Below are positions 12,989 through 26,183 of a stretch of 64,000 bases of DNA, one piece after another (positions within the stretch are counted from its first letter, which is position 1; every line of letters begins with the position of its first letter). Under the pieces are notes generated by a model that saw nothing but the letters and a program-made list of their open reading frames with translations, was not told where the DNA came from and did no database searches. Source of the DNA: Macrostomum lignano (Eukaryota); contig NIVC01001245.1 in the NCBI GenBank assembly GCA_002269645.1, forward strand, positions 62,001 to 126,000. Direction: 5' to 3'. The position numbers were made by a program, and so were the translations under genes.

Positions 12989-14545
12989 TCATGGTTTTCT
13001 TAGCCATAAAATGACTAGTATAAATAGTATCAATAGCATAAAACTTAAAGTTCGCCTTTTCTGCATCAACTCATCCTGAAGAGTTTGACGCTCAGTTTCC
13101 CACTTTGCCAAGACTGAGTCCTTACCTTTAAGTTGGGTTGTTAACGACATTGTCGACTCTTTACTTTGGTTTAAAGATCTAGTTTGAGCTTCGAATTCCC
13201 TCGATAGCGCAGTGAACCTGTTTTCCAATTTTGCAGCAACCAACCGCGCCTCCGTTAATTCTGCTTGAGTCCTCTTCTCAGAATTTTTTAGCTCAACAAG
13301 GGCCAACGTCTTTTCCTTGACATCGGTCTCCAGCGATTTTTTCAGCTTCTTCGCATTATGAAGAGCCTCATCTTGCTTTTCGAAGTCAGTTAATACACTC
13401 TTAATTTTTTTCCTCATCTCTTCGAAATTCTGATCAGAAAATGTTTTCGAGCTATTGAGAGTCTGCAACTGAGACTGGAGCATTTGATTTTCCTTTCTCA
13501 GCTTCCGTGCGGTCTCCTGTAAACTCTGTTTGGCAGTTTCCTGTTCTTCCATAGCTTGAGTCATGCGATCCACCTCTGATTCCAATGACCTATTGGCCTG
13601 ACAATATTGATACAGAAGCTCCTCTTGCGCCCTGAGCCGTGCAAATAAGACCATATGACTCTTTTCTTCGATGTCTCGCCTCAGCTGCTGCTCAGAGGCT
13701 GCCTTGGCTTCCAGTTGAGCCTTGTTGTAGTTCAGAGCCTCTTGCAGTGCATCGCAGAAGTGCTGCAAATCTGCTAGTTTGGTATTTGATTGCTCGGCCA
13801 TGGCTTGAGCTTCCTCAGTATTTTTTCTGCTCTCATCACATTGGACTGACAAGTCAGCCAGCTTCGACTTCAGTAGCTGATTTTCCTGAGACGACTGTTT
13901 CAACTGTTTTTCCAAGCTTTGCTTTGAATCCTGCAGGTTGGTCACTTGCCAAGTTTCGCGCTTCAACATGGATTTCAGTGAGCCGTTGATGTGTTTTAAT
14001 TTTTCTAGTTCCCTCAACTCATCTTGCATTCGATTGATGCACTGCTTCATTTCTAAGTATTGAGCCTTCAATCCGTCTCGCTCTTGTCGAATGTGTGACA
14101 GGCATTCGTGTTCTGTTGATCCAACGATTTTCGTTGATGGAGAAGACCTGAAAATCAGCCAACGTTAGTGAAAAACTATAATTTAAGAATGAAAATTGGA
14201 GCGCAAATGAAGTTGTGGAAAGAGCTTTAAACAAGGTTGACTAATGCAAATAACCTACATGTACTCTGAATCCGATGGCTCAGATGAAGAGGCGCTGCCG
14301 CTGGGTCTGGAAAATAAAAATTACGAGCGTACATACGAGTATTGACAGCAGTAATAAAGAAAAGAACTCATTACCAGTAGGCCGACTTAATCCTTACTAA
14401 CTAATGTAAACTATAAAACTTACAAGGTTCCAATGCCAGGTTCTGCCTGAACTAGATCGCCATAGAAAACCTTCACAAGCTGTATGGATAATGAGTCAAT
14501 CCTGTCTAATAATTCTGATCCGCTGTTGTTACAGCTAGAACTCAT
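12989..14545 (-). CDS. Coiled-coil paralogue A3 with C-terminal transmembrane tail (440 aa)
   Basis: Exons 14545-14424, 14306-14265 and 14147-12989 join in frame (1323 nt, phase-2 introns). Ends RRTLSFMLLILFILVILWLRKP*. Confidence 0.85.
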
Positions 14546-15069
14546 GCTACTCGATATGCCGCTCAGAAAATTTTAAGAACTTCACTACGAAAGATAAGAA
14601 AGCAAGGAGAGAGAGAAACAGGGACGTTACGTGTGAAGTACTCACACGAGCGTATTAGTAGTTAGTGTATATGAGTTTTCGCTTTGTGGTGCTCACTCTG
14701 GGACCACTGTATAGTGTATGGATTGCACTCGTACAGACAGTCAGCAACAGACAAAACTGCCACCCGAAACTCAGTCCGCCTTGCAGTGTATTGCAGTATA
14801 GTGAGTTGAAGTCAATCGCTCTGCCAATTCTTTATCTAGGGTGGCGGCGGTTTTAACTCTTCCTCTGTGTATATACTGTACTTACCGTAAAGCTGCAGTA
14901 CTGCACTGGGCTAAGACTCAAGTACAGAGACAGTAGAATCCAGTAGACTGTGCAAAACTGGGCATGGGCTACTGTATTAGGTTTGCTACCCTAGGGCAAC
15001 CGTCTGGTCGATATTCTAAACGGCCTGACGTCTGCGAAAGTTGACCTGATCAGTCGTCACAATATATAT

Positions 15070-15580
15070 TACGAGGGGTGTCCGGAAATTTCTGACACTT
15101 TAAATCCCAAAACAAAAACAGTAGCAGCTGCAAGCACTAATTTGATGTCATTTTAAAGCGGCACGTTTCTTCTTTCCAATGAATAAAGTCGCGTGTATTT
15201 GAGTCATTTCTTTAAAAAATTGATGTGTGAAAAACCATCGCAATGTCACAGACAGTCTTACAGTAAAAGTTGAAGTTCATAACAAGTACGAGTACATCTT
15301 CATGAGTGTGCAATCTAAAGTAGGCCAAAGACACGGAATACTTATACCTTGAAGCATCGGAAATAAGGGTGCAGGGATCCATTCCCATTTGACATCAATT
15401 CATGGGTTAGATGCAGTGAGACGTTTTACTGTCTACCACTAGGATCATTTGGAAGACAAGGTTCGGCGCATTCTCTCCCATGATCTTTTAAGAAAATGCT
15501 ACTCTAGTGCGATTGACGGAATGCTCAAGCGATGGGGAAAAAGTGTGTTGCTACAGATAGAGACAATGTTGAGAAGGCTG
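15070..15580 (+). mobile_element. Internally deleted mariner/Tc1 transposon remnant
   Basis: Begins with mariner-type TIR TACGAGGGGTGTCCGGAAA. Ends with transposase C-terminus YSSAIDGMLKRW-(fs)-EKCVATDRDNVEK (RWxKC..G.Y.E motif). 3' TIR not found. Confidence 0.7.
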
Positions 15581-16899
15581 CCTTGAAGGTTGATGATTAT
15601 GATGAATGACTAAATCGTACAATTCGTTTCTTTGAGGACAGAACAGAACACTTGTGGCATGGCGATGGTTTTTCACACATAAATTTTGTATAAATTCACT
15701 GGAATGGGCGTTCCTTGCGGTTTGGGCTACTGGTTTTCTATTCGCTAAGGATTTTTTGGTGGATTTTACTTGCTATTGTTTGAGGTTTGGTAGGTTTGCT
15801 GCCACCAGGCTTCCTGCTTCCCTATTCCTATTAATTTAGTGATAAGGAGTGACACAGGAAAACCAAATATTTTGATGGGTTTCGGCCTTTCGGCCCCCTT
15901 GTGGGGAAGCCTTCGGGCCTCAGGTCTCAGAAATAAATCAATTAGAGTCCTGGCCCCCAACTCCTGTCAGATGGTCAGCCCCATGTTGGTAGCTTGATCG
16001 TGTGGCGAGCGGTCTAGGTCCTATAGCTAAGAGAGGGACAGCGAGAGACGAGCAGGGAGAATTTTGAAAGTAGAAATTAGCTAATCCGCAGATCAACTAA
16101 CTTGCTGCCACCAGCCCGTGCGCCCTGGCTCACCACACCGGGACTCTCGAAATCGGGCTTCCGACTAGAAGGGGCTTTGCACTTACCTGCCAACTAGTGT
16201 CTTTTTGCTGTCAATCTCGAAGTCATAGCCGATGATAAGGGACTCTGCTGGGACTTGATCGCATTGGCCATGCAAGTACAGAGGGGACTTGTGCAGGGGA
16301 TTCTTGCAGTGGCGAGTCTATGGGGTAGCTACATGTACTATTAAATTGCTAAATACGAAGAATTGTACTTTTGGCCTTCAACGCGCCAACTAGCCTCTCC
16401 TAGCGCTGATGATAGACTAACTCGAACTTCAGAGACCGCATGATTCTTTACCCGAGCCGCTTGGCGAACCTAGAGTGCACAAAGTACATCTCTGGCGCCG
16501 ATTTTGCACTATTGGCAATTTTGCTCACTGATTTGATAGATTGATCGACTGAGAACTGCCTTGCCATTGGTCCACTGTGACCGGCGCCTACTAGCTTAGC
16601 TACTCATCTGAGCCATCGGCGAACAAAGAAATAAAACCGATAAAAATAACTGTTAGATTTAGCCTTCTCCTTAGATCACTTCACACTTCAGATTGAATTG
16701 GAGTCTTAGACTACTAGTAGTATTATTGAATGACTTCTGCCTCAGCAACAGCACTACTGAACAAAGTGAGCAAAAGTGTGCGCCTAATCCAGCTACTGAA
16801 ACAGGGGACAGATAAGGGATCACCCAATCAAGCAAGTCTAGGTAGCCTCTCACCCAACCAATCAGAAACTCAACAGCCGGAGACCAGGAAATCCACAGT

Positions 16900-17260
16900 G
16901 ACCGAATCGGCTTGATGCTTCGCAGCTGTAGACTCGGGATGATGCTGACACAATCTTCGCTGATAGCCAGCAGGTGATGATCTTAACTTTGATGTTCGCT
17001 GCTGGTGACCGGGGGACTCGTCCCTGATGATGAGGGGGAAGTCGCAATCCGGGGATCAAGAAACGACGGTCGGGCTCCGGGAACCAAAAATGTCGGGAAG
17101 GTTCCTCCGCGGGAGAGCCGGTTGAGATCCGAGCGGGCCAAAAACACCGGTTTAAATAGCCGCCAACTGGACCACAGTTTGTTATAATGGAACACGTCGA
17201 TTCTGATTGGCTGAGCCGTTTTTTTAAAATGAGCGCCGAATTTTCTGATTGGCTAAGCTT
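16900..17260 (-). promoter_or_regulatory. Second LTR-like promoter module (two CCAAT boxes + TATA-like)
   Basis: ATTGG at 17206-17210 and 17248-17252; TATTTAAA (minus) at 17151-17158; shares GCCAATCAGA with the module at 540-960. Confidence 0.3.
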
Positions 17261-18267
17261 GTTGCTACCCAGAATCACATGACCGGGAGATCCTATCAGT
17301 TCCCACAGGGTCGTAAAAAATGACAGGTGCGGTCATGAATCAATCAAAATCGCAACAAATTTATTTATGACTTTTCGCGTAGGATTGACAGAAATTAATG
17401 AAAAAATATACATTAGAAAGCTCTTATTAAATAGAAAGTGAAGATAATGAAAAGAAATCACTAATCGCTAATCCCAAAGTACGAGTACTTTTAGGGGTAA
17501 AACGCATAGCTGTCAAAGCTGTCACACGCTTGAGTGAACACGAACAATAGGCTCTGACCTCATAAATCTTGATGGCCTGTCAAAATGATGAGAAAAAAGC
17601 TACCGCCCGCATCCTCTCAGACCATCTGGCGTCCGCCTCAACACTGAGTGAGGCGCAGGTGGCTGTCAGACCAGCTTCGAAAGCGATGATTTATGACCCA
17701 AAAAGCTGCGCCTATGTTATTATGACTACTAGTATGACCAAACATTATATCTAGTATAGATTCTATGACAATTCGCAGAAAAAGGATAAAAATGCCCATA
17801 GCCTGCTGTTAGTAGGCTAGTAAGTTTAGAGCCCATGTGCTAGCGCGGGATTTGGAAAAAAGTGCGTCCTCATCAATTTAACAAAACTTTATTACTTCAA
17901 AAAAAGAGAAAATCAGCAGGCAATGGTTATTGTTACTTTACTTGTGCGACAAGCTAGGCATTGTCTTTGGCATTGACTACCTCCAACAGTTTTACGTATT
18001 TCCCAATATTTTCCCCGCCTCTTACCTATTCCTAATTTCTGAGACTTCCCGCGGCACGCGTCTGCTTTTCCACGCCCTAAACTAAACTAAAATAAGTAAA
18101 TCTGGCGCCTCAGCCATTGAACAGGCGCTTACGCCACTAGTGAAATAAGGTTTCCAGGTTGGGAGTGTACTGATGTACACTTAAATCCTAATTGGAACTA
18201 AGAGGACTGTACATCGAGCCGGGCAAGCGGCGCCAGTCAGGCCGAGAGCGGGCCGTACCCCCGGGAC

Positions 18268-18670
18268 GCTTTCATAAGACCTAAATTTCATATCGCCTAA
18301 ATTTCACATCGCCTAAATTTCACAACGCCTAAAATCTTTGCTTCTCTACTTCACATTCAGTTTTAGGTGTTATGAAATTTAGGCGATATGAAGTTTAGGT
18401 GATATGAAAGAGCATGCAGTTTTTAGGCGTTGTGAAATTTAGGCGATATGAAGTAGGATGCATTTTCGTTTTTAAGCGCTATGAAATTTAGGCGATATGA
18501 AATTTAGGCGATATGAAGGAGCGTGCAGAAATTTAGGCGTTGTGAAATTTAGGCGTTGTGAAGGAGGCTGCATTTTCGATTTTAGGCGTTGTGAAATTTA
18601 GGCGTTATGAAATTTAGGTGATGTGAAGTCATGTGCTTTAGGCGTTGTGAAATTTAGGTCTTATGAAGCG
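18268..18670. mobile_element. Foldback-type element made of inverted 16-bp tandem subrepeats
   Basis: TTCATAAGACCTAAATTTCA (18271-18290) is the reverse complement of 18648-18667. About 3 units of CCTAAATTTCATATCG face more than 12 units of the opposite orientation. Confidence 0.75.
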
Positions 18671-19276
18671 CCCCCCTACCCCCGACCCTCAGAGCGTACG
18701 CCTACCCCAAACCCAATTGGCTTATCTAAACCTCCCCGGGGACAGCGAGGATTCGACGTACCAGTCAGGAAGCCCGTGCCCAAAAAGCTTTTCCACGCCC
18801 CAAAACTGCAAAGGTCAAGCAAAGTTTTCAACGTGAAGAAATTGTTATCATTTTTAGAGAAAAAACTGACTGACTGGCATATACATGTACTCGTAAGCAG
18901 CTGTATAGTGTAGCAGAAGATCCTGCGGCTATCTTTTTTGCTATTGAGTAAATCAAAAGGTGAATACAACAAGCGCGGACTCTATATAGTCTCGATACTA
19001 TTAAGAAAAAGTGCAACTAAGCTCCAAAGTGAGCAACTGCGAACTACACGGTGGCGATACTGAGAGATAACGGCGCGACCCTGGAAACGCCGGTAACCCG
19101 CACGGTCTCTGGATAGCTAGGACTGGACTCAAATCGGAGTCAAAAGCGATACGCTCTGTCGTTGATCAAAATCAAATGTAGAAGCAAAACGGGCCCGCGT
19201 TTTAAAGTGGACGTCTGAGAATTTTTTGAGCGCAGAATCCTCAGCTTAAATATATAAGTGACAATGGTAGATTGAC

Positions 19277-19438
19277 GTGTATATGGTTTTGGAGGTAGAC
19301 AATGATAAATTTTTCACGAGTGGCGACTCACATGTGTAGTTTAAGATTATTATTCTACTTTGCACTTCTCCCATAGCGGCTTAGCAGACGCCACTCGTGA
19401 AATATTTATCATTTGTCTACCTCCAAAACCATATACAC
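19277..19438. mobile_element. Small MITE/hairpin (about 49-bp arms)
   Basis: 19277-19325 pairs with 19389-19438; absent from the homologous segment near 7240-7270. Confidence 0.7.
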
Positions 19439-21634
19439 AAACACATTGTCTCATGAATGTATTTTTAGAAGCCTTAATTAAATAATGATTCCTAAGCGTT
19501 GAATAATGAGCGTACAGCGTGGGACAATGTCAGTCTCGACTCGTGCCGCACTTCAAGTGTCGTGTCTTCCTCTGTCTAATTGGCCTCCTGTCTCCTAACG
19601 TCATTGATCTATTTATAAAAATAGGATCATAACATGGGGTAACGCGCGTTGGGAACTGGTTGAATTGGAGAGGTGGGGTGGGTTTGTTAATTAATCACCC
19701 AGTGTTCCAGTTGCTTCGGCTGCATATGGCCAGTGGTCTAGCAAAAAATCTGTATCATAATAATTTCGAGGTCTCAAGACTACGGGTTTTTTATTAGCTA
19801 TCACTATACGTGTGATAAAAAATCATTCGTGATTTCTTTCGTAAAGTCGCGAATAAAAAATAACATAGTAACGAAGAATGAGTAAAATAACTCTCGAAGA
19901 GTAAGTTGCTGCTTTTATATCAGTCCGAAAAGAATGAAAATTTATTTTGAAGTATCACAATAAGTTTGATTTCATTTAAAGATTTTTTTTTATTTGGAAC
20001 ATTTTCTAATTGTAAATACAATTTATTGTCGTAGGGGAAACTACTGTCCTTTCTAATAATATTTCACCGTGCCACCAAGTTGTTGTAGTGATATTAAATT
20101 ATTCTACCAATGCCACCAAGTTGTTTAAAATCTCTATTACTTTTTTATACTACTTCAGTCATTTGCTGTTTCTAAGAACATTAACTCCAGAATATTAGTT
20201 TAAGGACTCCTTGAAATTAAACAAGTAGCTCTGGTAGCAGTGTCGAGCGGCAAACACTGATCTAATTCATTGAATACTGTCTAATTTCTACTTCTAATTT
20301 AAGTCCTAAAGCGGCGACCCTGGGATGGAGTTGCCCAACTAGCCGACCGCTTACTTCCCCCTTCACTGGCTTCTCACAGCTTTTTTCTTCTTTATTCTCC
20401 TGGCTTCTCACAGCTTTTCTCTCCTTTATGCTTTCCAAGTAACTGAGCCAACACGATTTGCTTTCTTAACCGAATCGGAGAAACGGCGGGCGAAGAAAAA
20501 GTTGCCCGAAAACGCTTGTATTTATAGGTTTTACTAGGGGAGGATGGGTGCGCGGGTCTGTGAATAACAAATTTCTTTTATCGACTGAAACAAAATATTT
20601 TTCCTAAATATAAAATCATTCGTTAAAACAAATACATCATTTAAACAAAAATACGTAGTTAGGCATTTTTTTGGCGTAGATTTAAAATAGAATATTGTAG
20701 CCGCGTATTCTTGAGTTTGAATTTCCGGGGACTTCTTTAGCCGGAGAACTCTTGATTTATTTGCGTTCCAGCTTGCTTGATTATATAGACTGACCACGAT
20801 GGGGGAGGGAAGGGTGAAAAACGCAGCTTAGAAAATCCTAACCAATCGGATTTCGCCGACAGGGTAGGCACTAAGCACTCTATTGGTTGGGGCTCGTTAT
20901 TCACGCGTTTACAGCCAATCAGAAACGAAAAGAAATTTCGCGAAAGGCTATACGCAGGGGTGGGGTGACGCAGAAAGAAATACGGAGAAAACAACCGAAA
21001 ACACTAGAAGTGCACGCGCACTCAAATTGAGCACTATTACAATATACATAAATAAGTATTATAAAACTAGCGAGCCTGCCTCATTATGATAAAAAAATCA
21101 ATTTATTAACACTTAAAAACTTTATCATAGCGGCTCTTTATATTGGACATTCAAGAATCTAAAATCTGTTCGAAATTTTTCGTTTCGCTCTGATTATTTC
21201 TTAACAAAAGTACGCTCGTATATGTATATGGATTTTAATGCTTTTCCAGACTCTGATTCTGGAGTGAATACTAATGAAAAGCCTCATAAAAAACCGCAGA
21301 TAGACAGCTTCGCTTGTAACTTCGAATTTTAAATCGAAATGGTCGATATTAAAAGAATCCGGAATAAACTAGCCGGAAGAACCTGTACATGATTTTAAGG
21401 GATTTTAAGCGCCTATAGTTTCATGACAAAGTTTATCTTAATACAAGTTTTCTTTGTTGCACCTTTACTGCAAGAAGTTCTTGAGTGTTTCGTTGAGTCT
21501 TTTATGCAGAACGGGCGATTGTATAATACAGTTGTCGCTCAAGAGCAGCCTTGATCAAGGTCCTGTGTAACTTTATTCAGATCAGTCTGTAGCTCATAGT
21601 AATTTTTTAACCATACTGTCAACATTGGCTTGAA

Positions 21635-23060
21635 TTAAGTTGCTCGATTTTTCTTCTCCATTGTGGTCTCTTGACTGGAGCTTCCTAAATTGCGATAGAA
21701 TACATAGAATAAAGAGCTAGCTAGTACGAGTATACATGGTACAAATAGCATACAACTTGAAAATTGTTTTTCCTCCGTCAAGTCTTTCTTAAGCTTTTGA
21801 CGCTCAGTTTCCAGCTCTGCCAAAGCTGAGTCCTTATCTTGAAGCTGGGTTTCTAGCAACATTATTGTCTTTTCACTATTATCTAGGGATTTAGTTTGAG
21901 CTTCAAAATTCCTTAATAGCGCAATCAGCCTGTTTTTCATTTCGGCAGAAACCGACCGTGCCTCATTCAACTGAGATTGGAGCATTTGATTTTTCTCTGT
22001 GAGCTTCTGTGCGGTCTGCTGTAAGCTCTGATTGGCAGTTTCCTGCTCTTCCATAGCTTGAGTCTTGTGAAGCAGGGCCTCCTGTTTCATATTTAGCCGT
22101 GCAACTAAGTCCGTAGTTCTCTTTTTTTCGGCTTCAGTACTTTCGAGTAGAGTCTTCTTTTCTGTTTCTCTTTCCCTGCAGAGGTCTTCGATGTTTCGCC
22201 TCAGCTGCTGCTCAGAGGCTGCCTTGGCTTCCAGTTGAGTCTTGTTGTGGTTCAGAGCCTCTTGCAGTGCATCGCAGAATTGCTGCGAATCTGCCAGTTT
22301 AGCATTTGTTTTCTCGGCCATGGCTTGAGCTTGCTCAGCATTTTTTCTGCTCTCGTCAAATTGGGCGGACAAGTCAGCCAGCTGCGACTTCAGTAGCTGA
22401 TTTTCCTGAGACGACTGTTTCAACTGTTTTTCTAAGCTTTGCTTTGAAGCCTGCAGGTTGGTCACTTGCCAAGCTTTGCTCTCCAACTGGGATTCCAGTG
22501 AGCCGTTGATGTGCTTCACTTTTTCAAGTTCCCTCAATTCATCTTGCATTCGATTGATGCACTGCTCCATTCCTAAGCATTGAGCCTTCAATCCGTCTCG
22601 CTCTTGACGAATGTGTGACAGGCATTCGTGTTCTGTTGGTTCAAGTGTCTCGGTGCCCACTTCTTTCATTGATGGAATTGAAATATCGATTTGTCCGTCT
22701 GAAGATCGACTAAAAATGAGGCAACAACATTAGTAGAGAATAAAAATTTTAAAAGTTAAATTAGTTGCACAAATTCAGCTTCAAAAGAAGCTACAGGTGG
22801 ACTCGTGCAAAAAACTTACTCAGAATCCGATGGCTCAGATGAGGAAGCGCTGCCGGTGAGCCTGGAAAAGTAAAAAGTTCATATTGACAGCAGTAATTAG
22901 GCCGACAACCTATACTAGCTAATATAAGAAATGAAACTCACAAGGTGCCGATGTCAGTTTCTGCCTGAACTATGTCGCCATCAAAAACCTTTTCAAGCTG
23001 AATGGTTAATATTTCGATACTGTCAAGTTCTGATCCATGATTTGCACAGCTGGAACTCAT
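21635..23060 (-). CDS. Coiled-coil paralogue A4 with near-C-terminal hydrophobic segment (411 aa)
   Basis: Exons 23060-22942, 22861-22820 and 22709-21635 join in frame (1236 nt, phase-2 introns). Hydrophobic stretch CMLFVPCILVLASSLFYVFY. Confidence 0.85.
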
Positions 23061-23834
23061 TCTACTCAGTGTGCCGCTTTGAATGCTGGAAGAACCAACT
23101 GCACTAAATTCTTAATGAGATTCTTTTTTACCATTTTATCGCGATGAGACAGAAGAAAGCAAGGAGAGACAGACAGGAGCATTGTGTTTGAGGTAGTATG
23201 TGTATACAAGCTAAGAGTTTTCGCTTTGTGTTGTACACTCTGGGACCACTCTAGTGCTGTACATATATTATACGTTTTAATGTCCCTCTAACTTTGAACT
23301 GCAGTACTGTAACTGAGCTGCGACTCAAGTACAGAGCCAGTATAGTCACACGCAATTGCAGACAGGGAATTCCGTAAAAAAAATTACTAAGGACTGTTGG
23401 AGGAACACATGCAGGATAGCTTTCGCATTATTTCCCCAAGTGGATCCTTGAAACCGTCGATTAGAGAGTGCACTCACCTCTGCTCTAAAAAGCAGTCGGA
23501 GATCGACACTAAAATCGGAAATGCAAACTTGTATTTCTTGAACTCAACTATCGACGGAACATCTGTAATTGAAAAAAAATTAGTAACACTTCTGGGTGCT
23601 AAATACAAAAATTGTTTGAAACGATTTCTATGATAGGACAAATTGTTCTTGCGGGAAAATTTGTAAATATTATTTTAATCGACAGGCAAAATGAAAAAAA
23701 GTTAAAGCACAAGAAAACTTTGAAGAATCCTTTTTGCGGAGTCAAAACTTACTGTACTAAGATAGGCATAGCTTCTACGCAGATACAAAGTTAGTTTTTC
23801 TTCTTGCACTTCATACTTGATTTAGTTGCGTCTC

Positions 23835-24578
23835 TCAGTCAAAGGGAGACCAGCATTCGCACAGGACGGCTCGCGGGGTAGCAGAGACCTCACTGAAGTC
23901 AGACAGCTTGTTGTGAGCGTACCACCTTCCGATAGCATTCTGCGGATCCTCGGGCTCGCCGATGCCCCACAGGGTGGCGTCAACGGAGATGTTGCAGCCG
24001 ACACAGTACCAGCCGCCTGCTGGCTCCGGGCTGCCAGCCGGCTGAAGGCCGCCCAGCCAGAACGAGGTGCCGCCCGCCCGGCTGTCGTAGATCGAGTCCA
24101 CGTGGCTCATCTCGGAGGCGTCCACAACGTCGGCCATGATCACCAGACCGCTCTCCGACTCGCACAGGCGTCTGCTCGGCCACCAGAAATCGACGTTAAA
24201 GTGCAGCTCGTACTTTACTCTGCACAGGTCGTCTCTGTAGCCAGACGGACACAGCGCGCCCGCCTCGAGTCCCGGCTGCTGCTTCTCAAACACCCGGCCT
24301 CTCCTGGAGCAGCCGCAGTCCCTCACCGACTTGCTGCACTTGTCGAACACGAACAGCTGGCACGGACCGTCAGCCAGGCTGAACGCCTGACAACGCGGAT
24401 TGCGGCTGCACAGAGTGGCGCACCCGATCTCAGAGTTCGAGTCACCTGGAATTTCAATGAAGTCGCTCCTGATGCACAGGTAGCCGGTGATCAGGTTGTA
24501 GGCGTCCTGCATCGCAGCTGGAGCTTGCAGAGCCAGCAGAATGATTGCCAGTTTGACGTGAGCTCCGGAGCTGAGCAT
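23835..24578 (-). CDS. Secreted PAN/Apple + C-type lectin domain protein (247 aa, intronless)
   Basis: Signal-like KLAIILLALQAPAA; PAN pattern CATLC-x4-RCQAF-x6-CQL; CTLD pattern CPSGY...W...C...FWLG...W...EP...LCE. Confidence 0.8.
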   Translation of the reverse strand: MLSSGAHVKLAIILLALQAPAAMQDAYNLITGYLCIRSDFIEIPGDSNSEIGCATLCSRNPRCQAFSLADGPCQLFVFDKCSKSVRDCGCSRRGRVFEKQQPGLEAGALCPSGYRDDLCRVKYELHFNVDFWWPSRRLCESESGLVIMADVVDASEMSHVDSIYDSRAGGTSFWLGGLQPAGSPEPAGGWYCVGCNISVDATLWGIGEPEDPQNAIGRWYAHNKLSDFSEVSATPRAVLCECWSPFD

Positions 24579-26183
24579 CTTGAAGTTAATCGCTTTGTAA
24601 TGTATCGTAAAAAACTTCTATTACCCTCTAGTCTTTCTGGGGGCAAGGAAAGGGTAATATTCCCCTAACTGGCCAATGCTAGATTAAAATATCGCTTGAG
24701 GATGGTCCATTGCTACCATGACAAACAGTCAAAACATTTAGCTTGCAACGCCCCCCCCCGCCATGCAGCACAGGTGGTGCATGAGTCACAAGCCATTCCT
24801 TAATATACTACGAGGGGTAGCCGTTTTCATCCTGCTCATCATTAAAGCTATGATTCCTGTCTGTCTTTTCACCCCGTAAAGTTTAATGTGTCCTACTCCA
24901 CTGTTGATGGAGCTCGTTGATTTATGAATTATGCATGCAATATCCAATAATTTGTCGACCCAGTACCCACATGGGCCATTCATAATTATATTTAGCTTTA
25001 GCGAACGACGCCGAGGAAGGAAGGCGAAGGCACGTCACGGGCGAGGGAGACGAACCCGGGCGGAACAGGCGCCCTTGTGATTGGTCGAATATAGATTAAT
25101 GAGCTGAGTACGAAGGCGATTTAAAGACAAATGTGCCTTTAAAAGGGGGGAAAAGAATAAAAAATTGAGCAGGGTAGCTGTGCCAGAGCAGCCCCGCGCG
25201 GCCTAAAAAACCCCCAAAGGGCCGGGTGGGGGACTCAAGCCCCCACCACCCCGCCAGACAGAGCACGCGCAACGGAGAGCCCACACAGGCCCGGGGGCGC
25301 CCCCCCCCCTGGGACGTGTTCGCTAACTCAGAGTAGCTACGCTACTCACAACCACCTAAATTTAGCAGCAATGCCGGTCAGACGAAAGTTACATCTATTG
25401 CTGTACCTGAGCAGGCGTCCTGCTGATACCCACCAATTAAAATGCTTTTAATCGTGTGGTCGGCGCTATCGCTAAAGTACGAGCTTACTTCTTGTACTTC
25501 TGGCGCTAAATTACAACCACTAGGCTTCGCTCTCTAGGACTATCCACCTCAGCCTGCGACAGGCAATGTTTCAACGGAGTACGCGGTTAAATTGGCGCTA
25601 AAATACGCAAATCTGCTACAATAACACGCGCATGCAAATTAAGTGCGCTTCTGCTGTTTTGAATACAAAATAGTGCATTCAGTTTATTTGCGGATGCAAG
25701 AATGAACTTGGTATGAACCTTTGTGTCACTTCCCCATCTGCAGCAAATAACTGTAATCAAAAGAGCAAGTATACTCAACAACATTAAAAAGTCACCACTT
25801 TGAGAGAGCGCAGTAAATTCTAGCTCAGTATTGACTTTTGAGTGACGCAACTTGCGCCACGCGACGCAGAGCTGGGCTGGGTGAGGAGGGATTGGGAAGA
25901 GCGGAGGGCGAAGATGGATGGATTGAAGCTTCCGCCCGGTTTTCATAGTTTTTTTTCTAGCATTTTTTAGTATCAAAATGGTTGACCAGGTGATAGAGGC
26001 TCTCAAGCTAGCTCAGATTGGGATCGCAAACGAATTAGGTTCGGCGGAAGGAGTCACCAGGGAACTCGATTCCGTGCGCGTGGCCATATTCATTTGGGGC
26101 TTGTGCACGAGCAATTCGACAGTTGATTGCCATGCGATTCGCATCCATTGAGGGCCAACCTCCAAGTGTACATATCTGACGAT

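Noticed and set aside
12989-13060. KASH-domain (nesprin-like) call for A3/A4
   Set aside because: No about 30-aa luminal peptide ending PPPX after the TM segment.
25587-26006. RNase H-like retroelement remnant (NSRSALNLH)
   Set aside because: Single weak motif; not enough to call.
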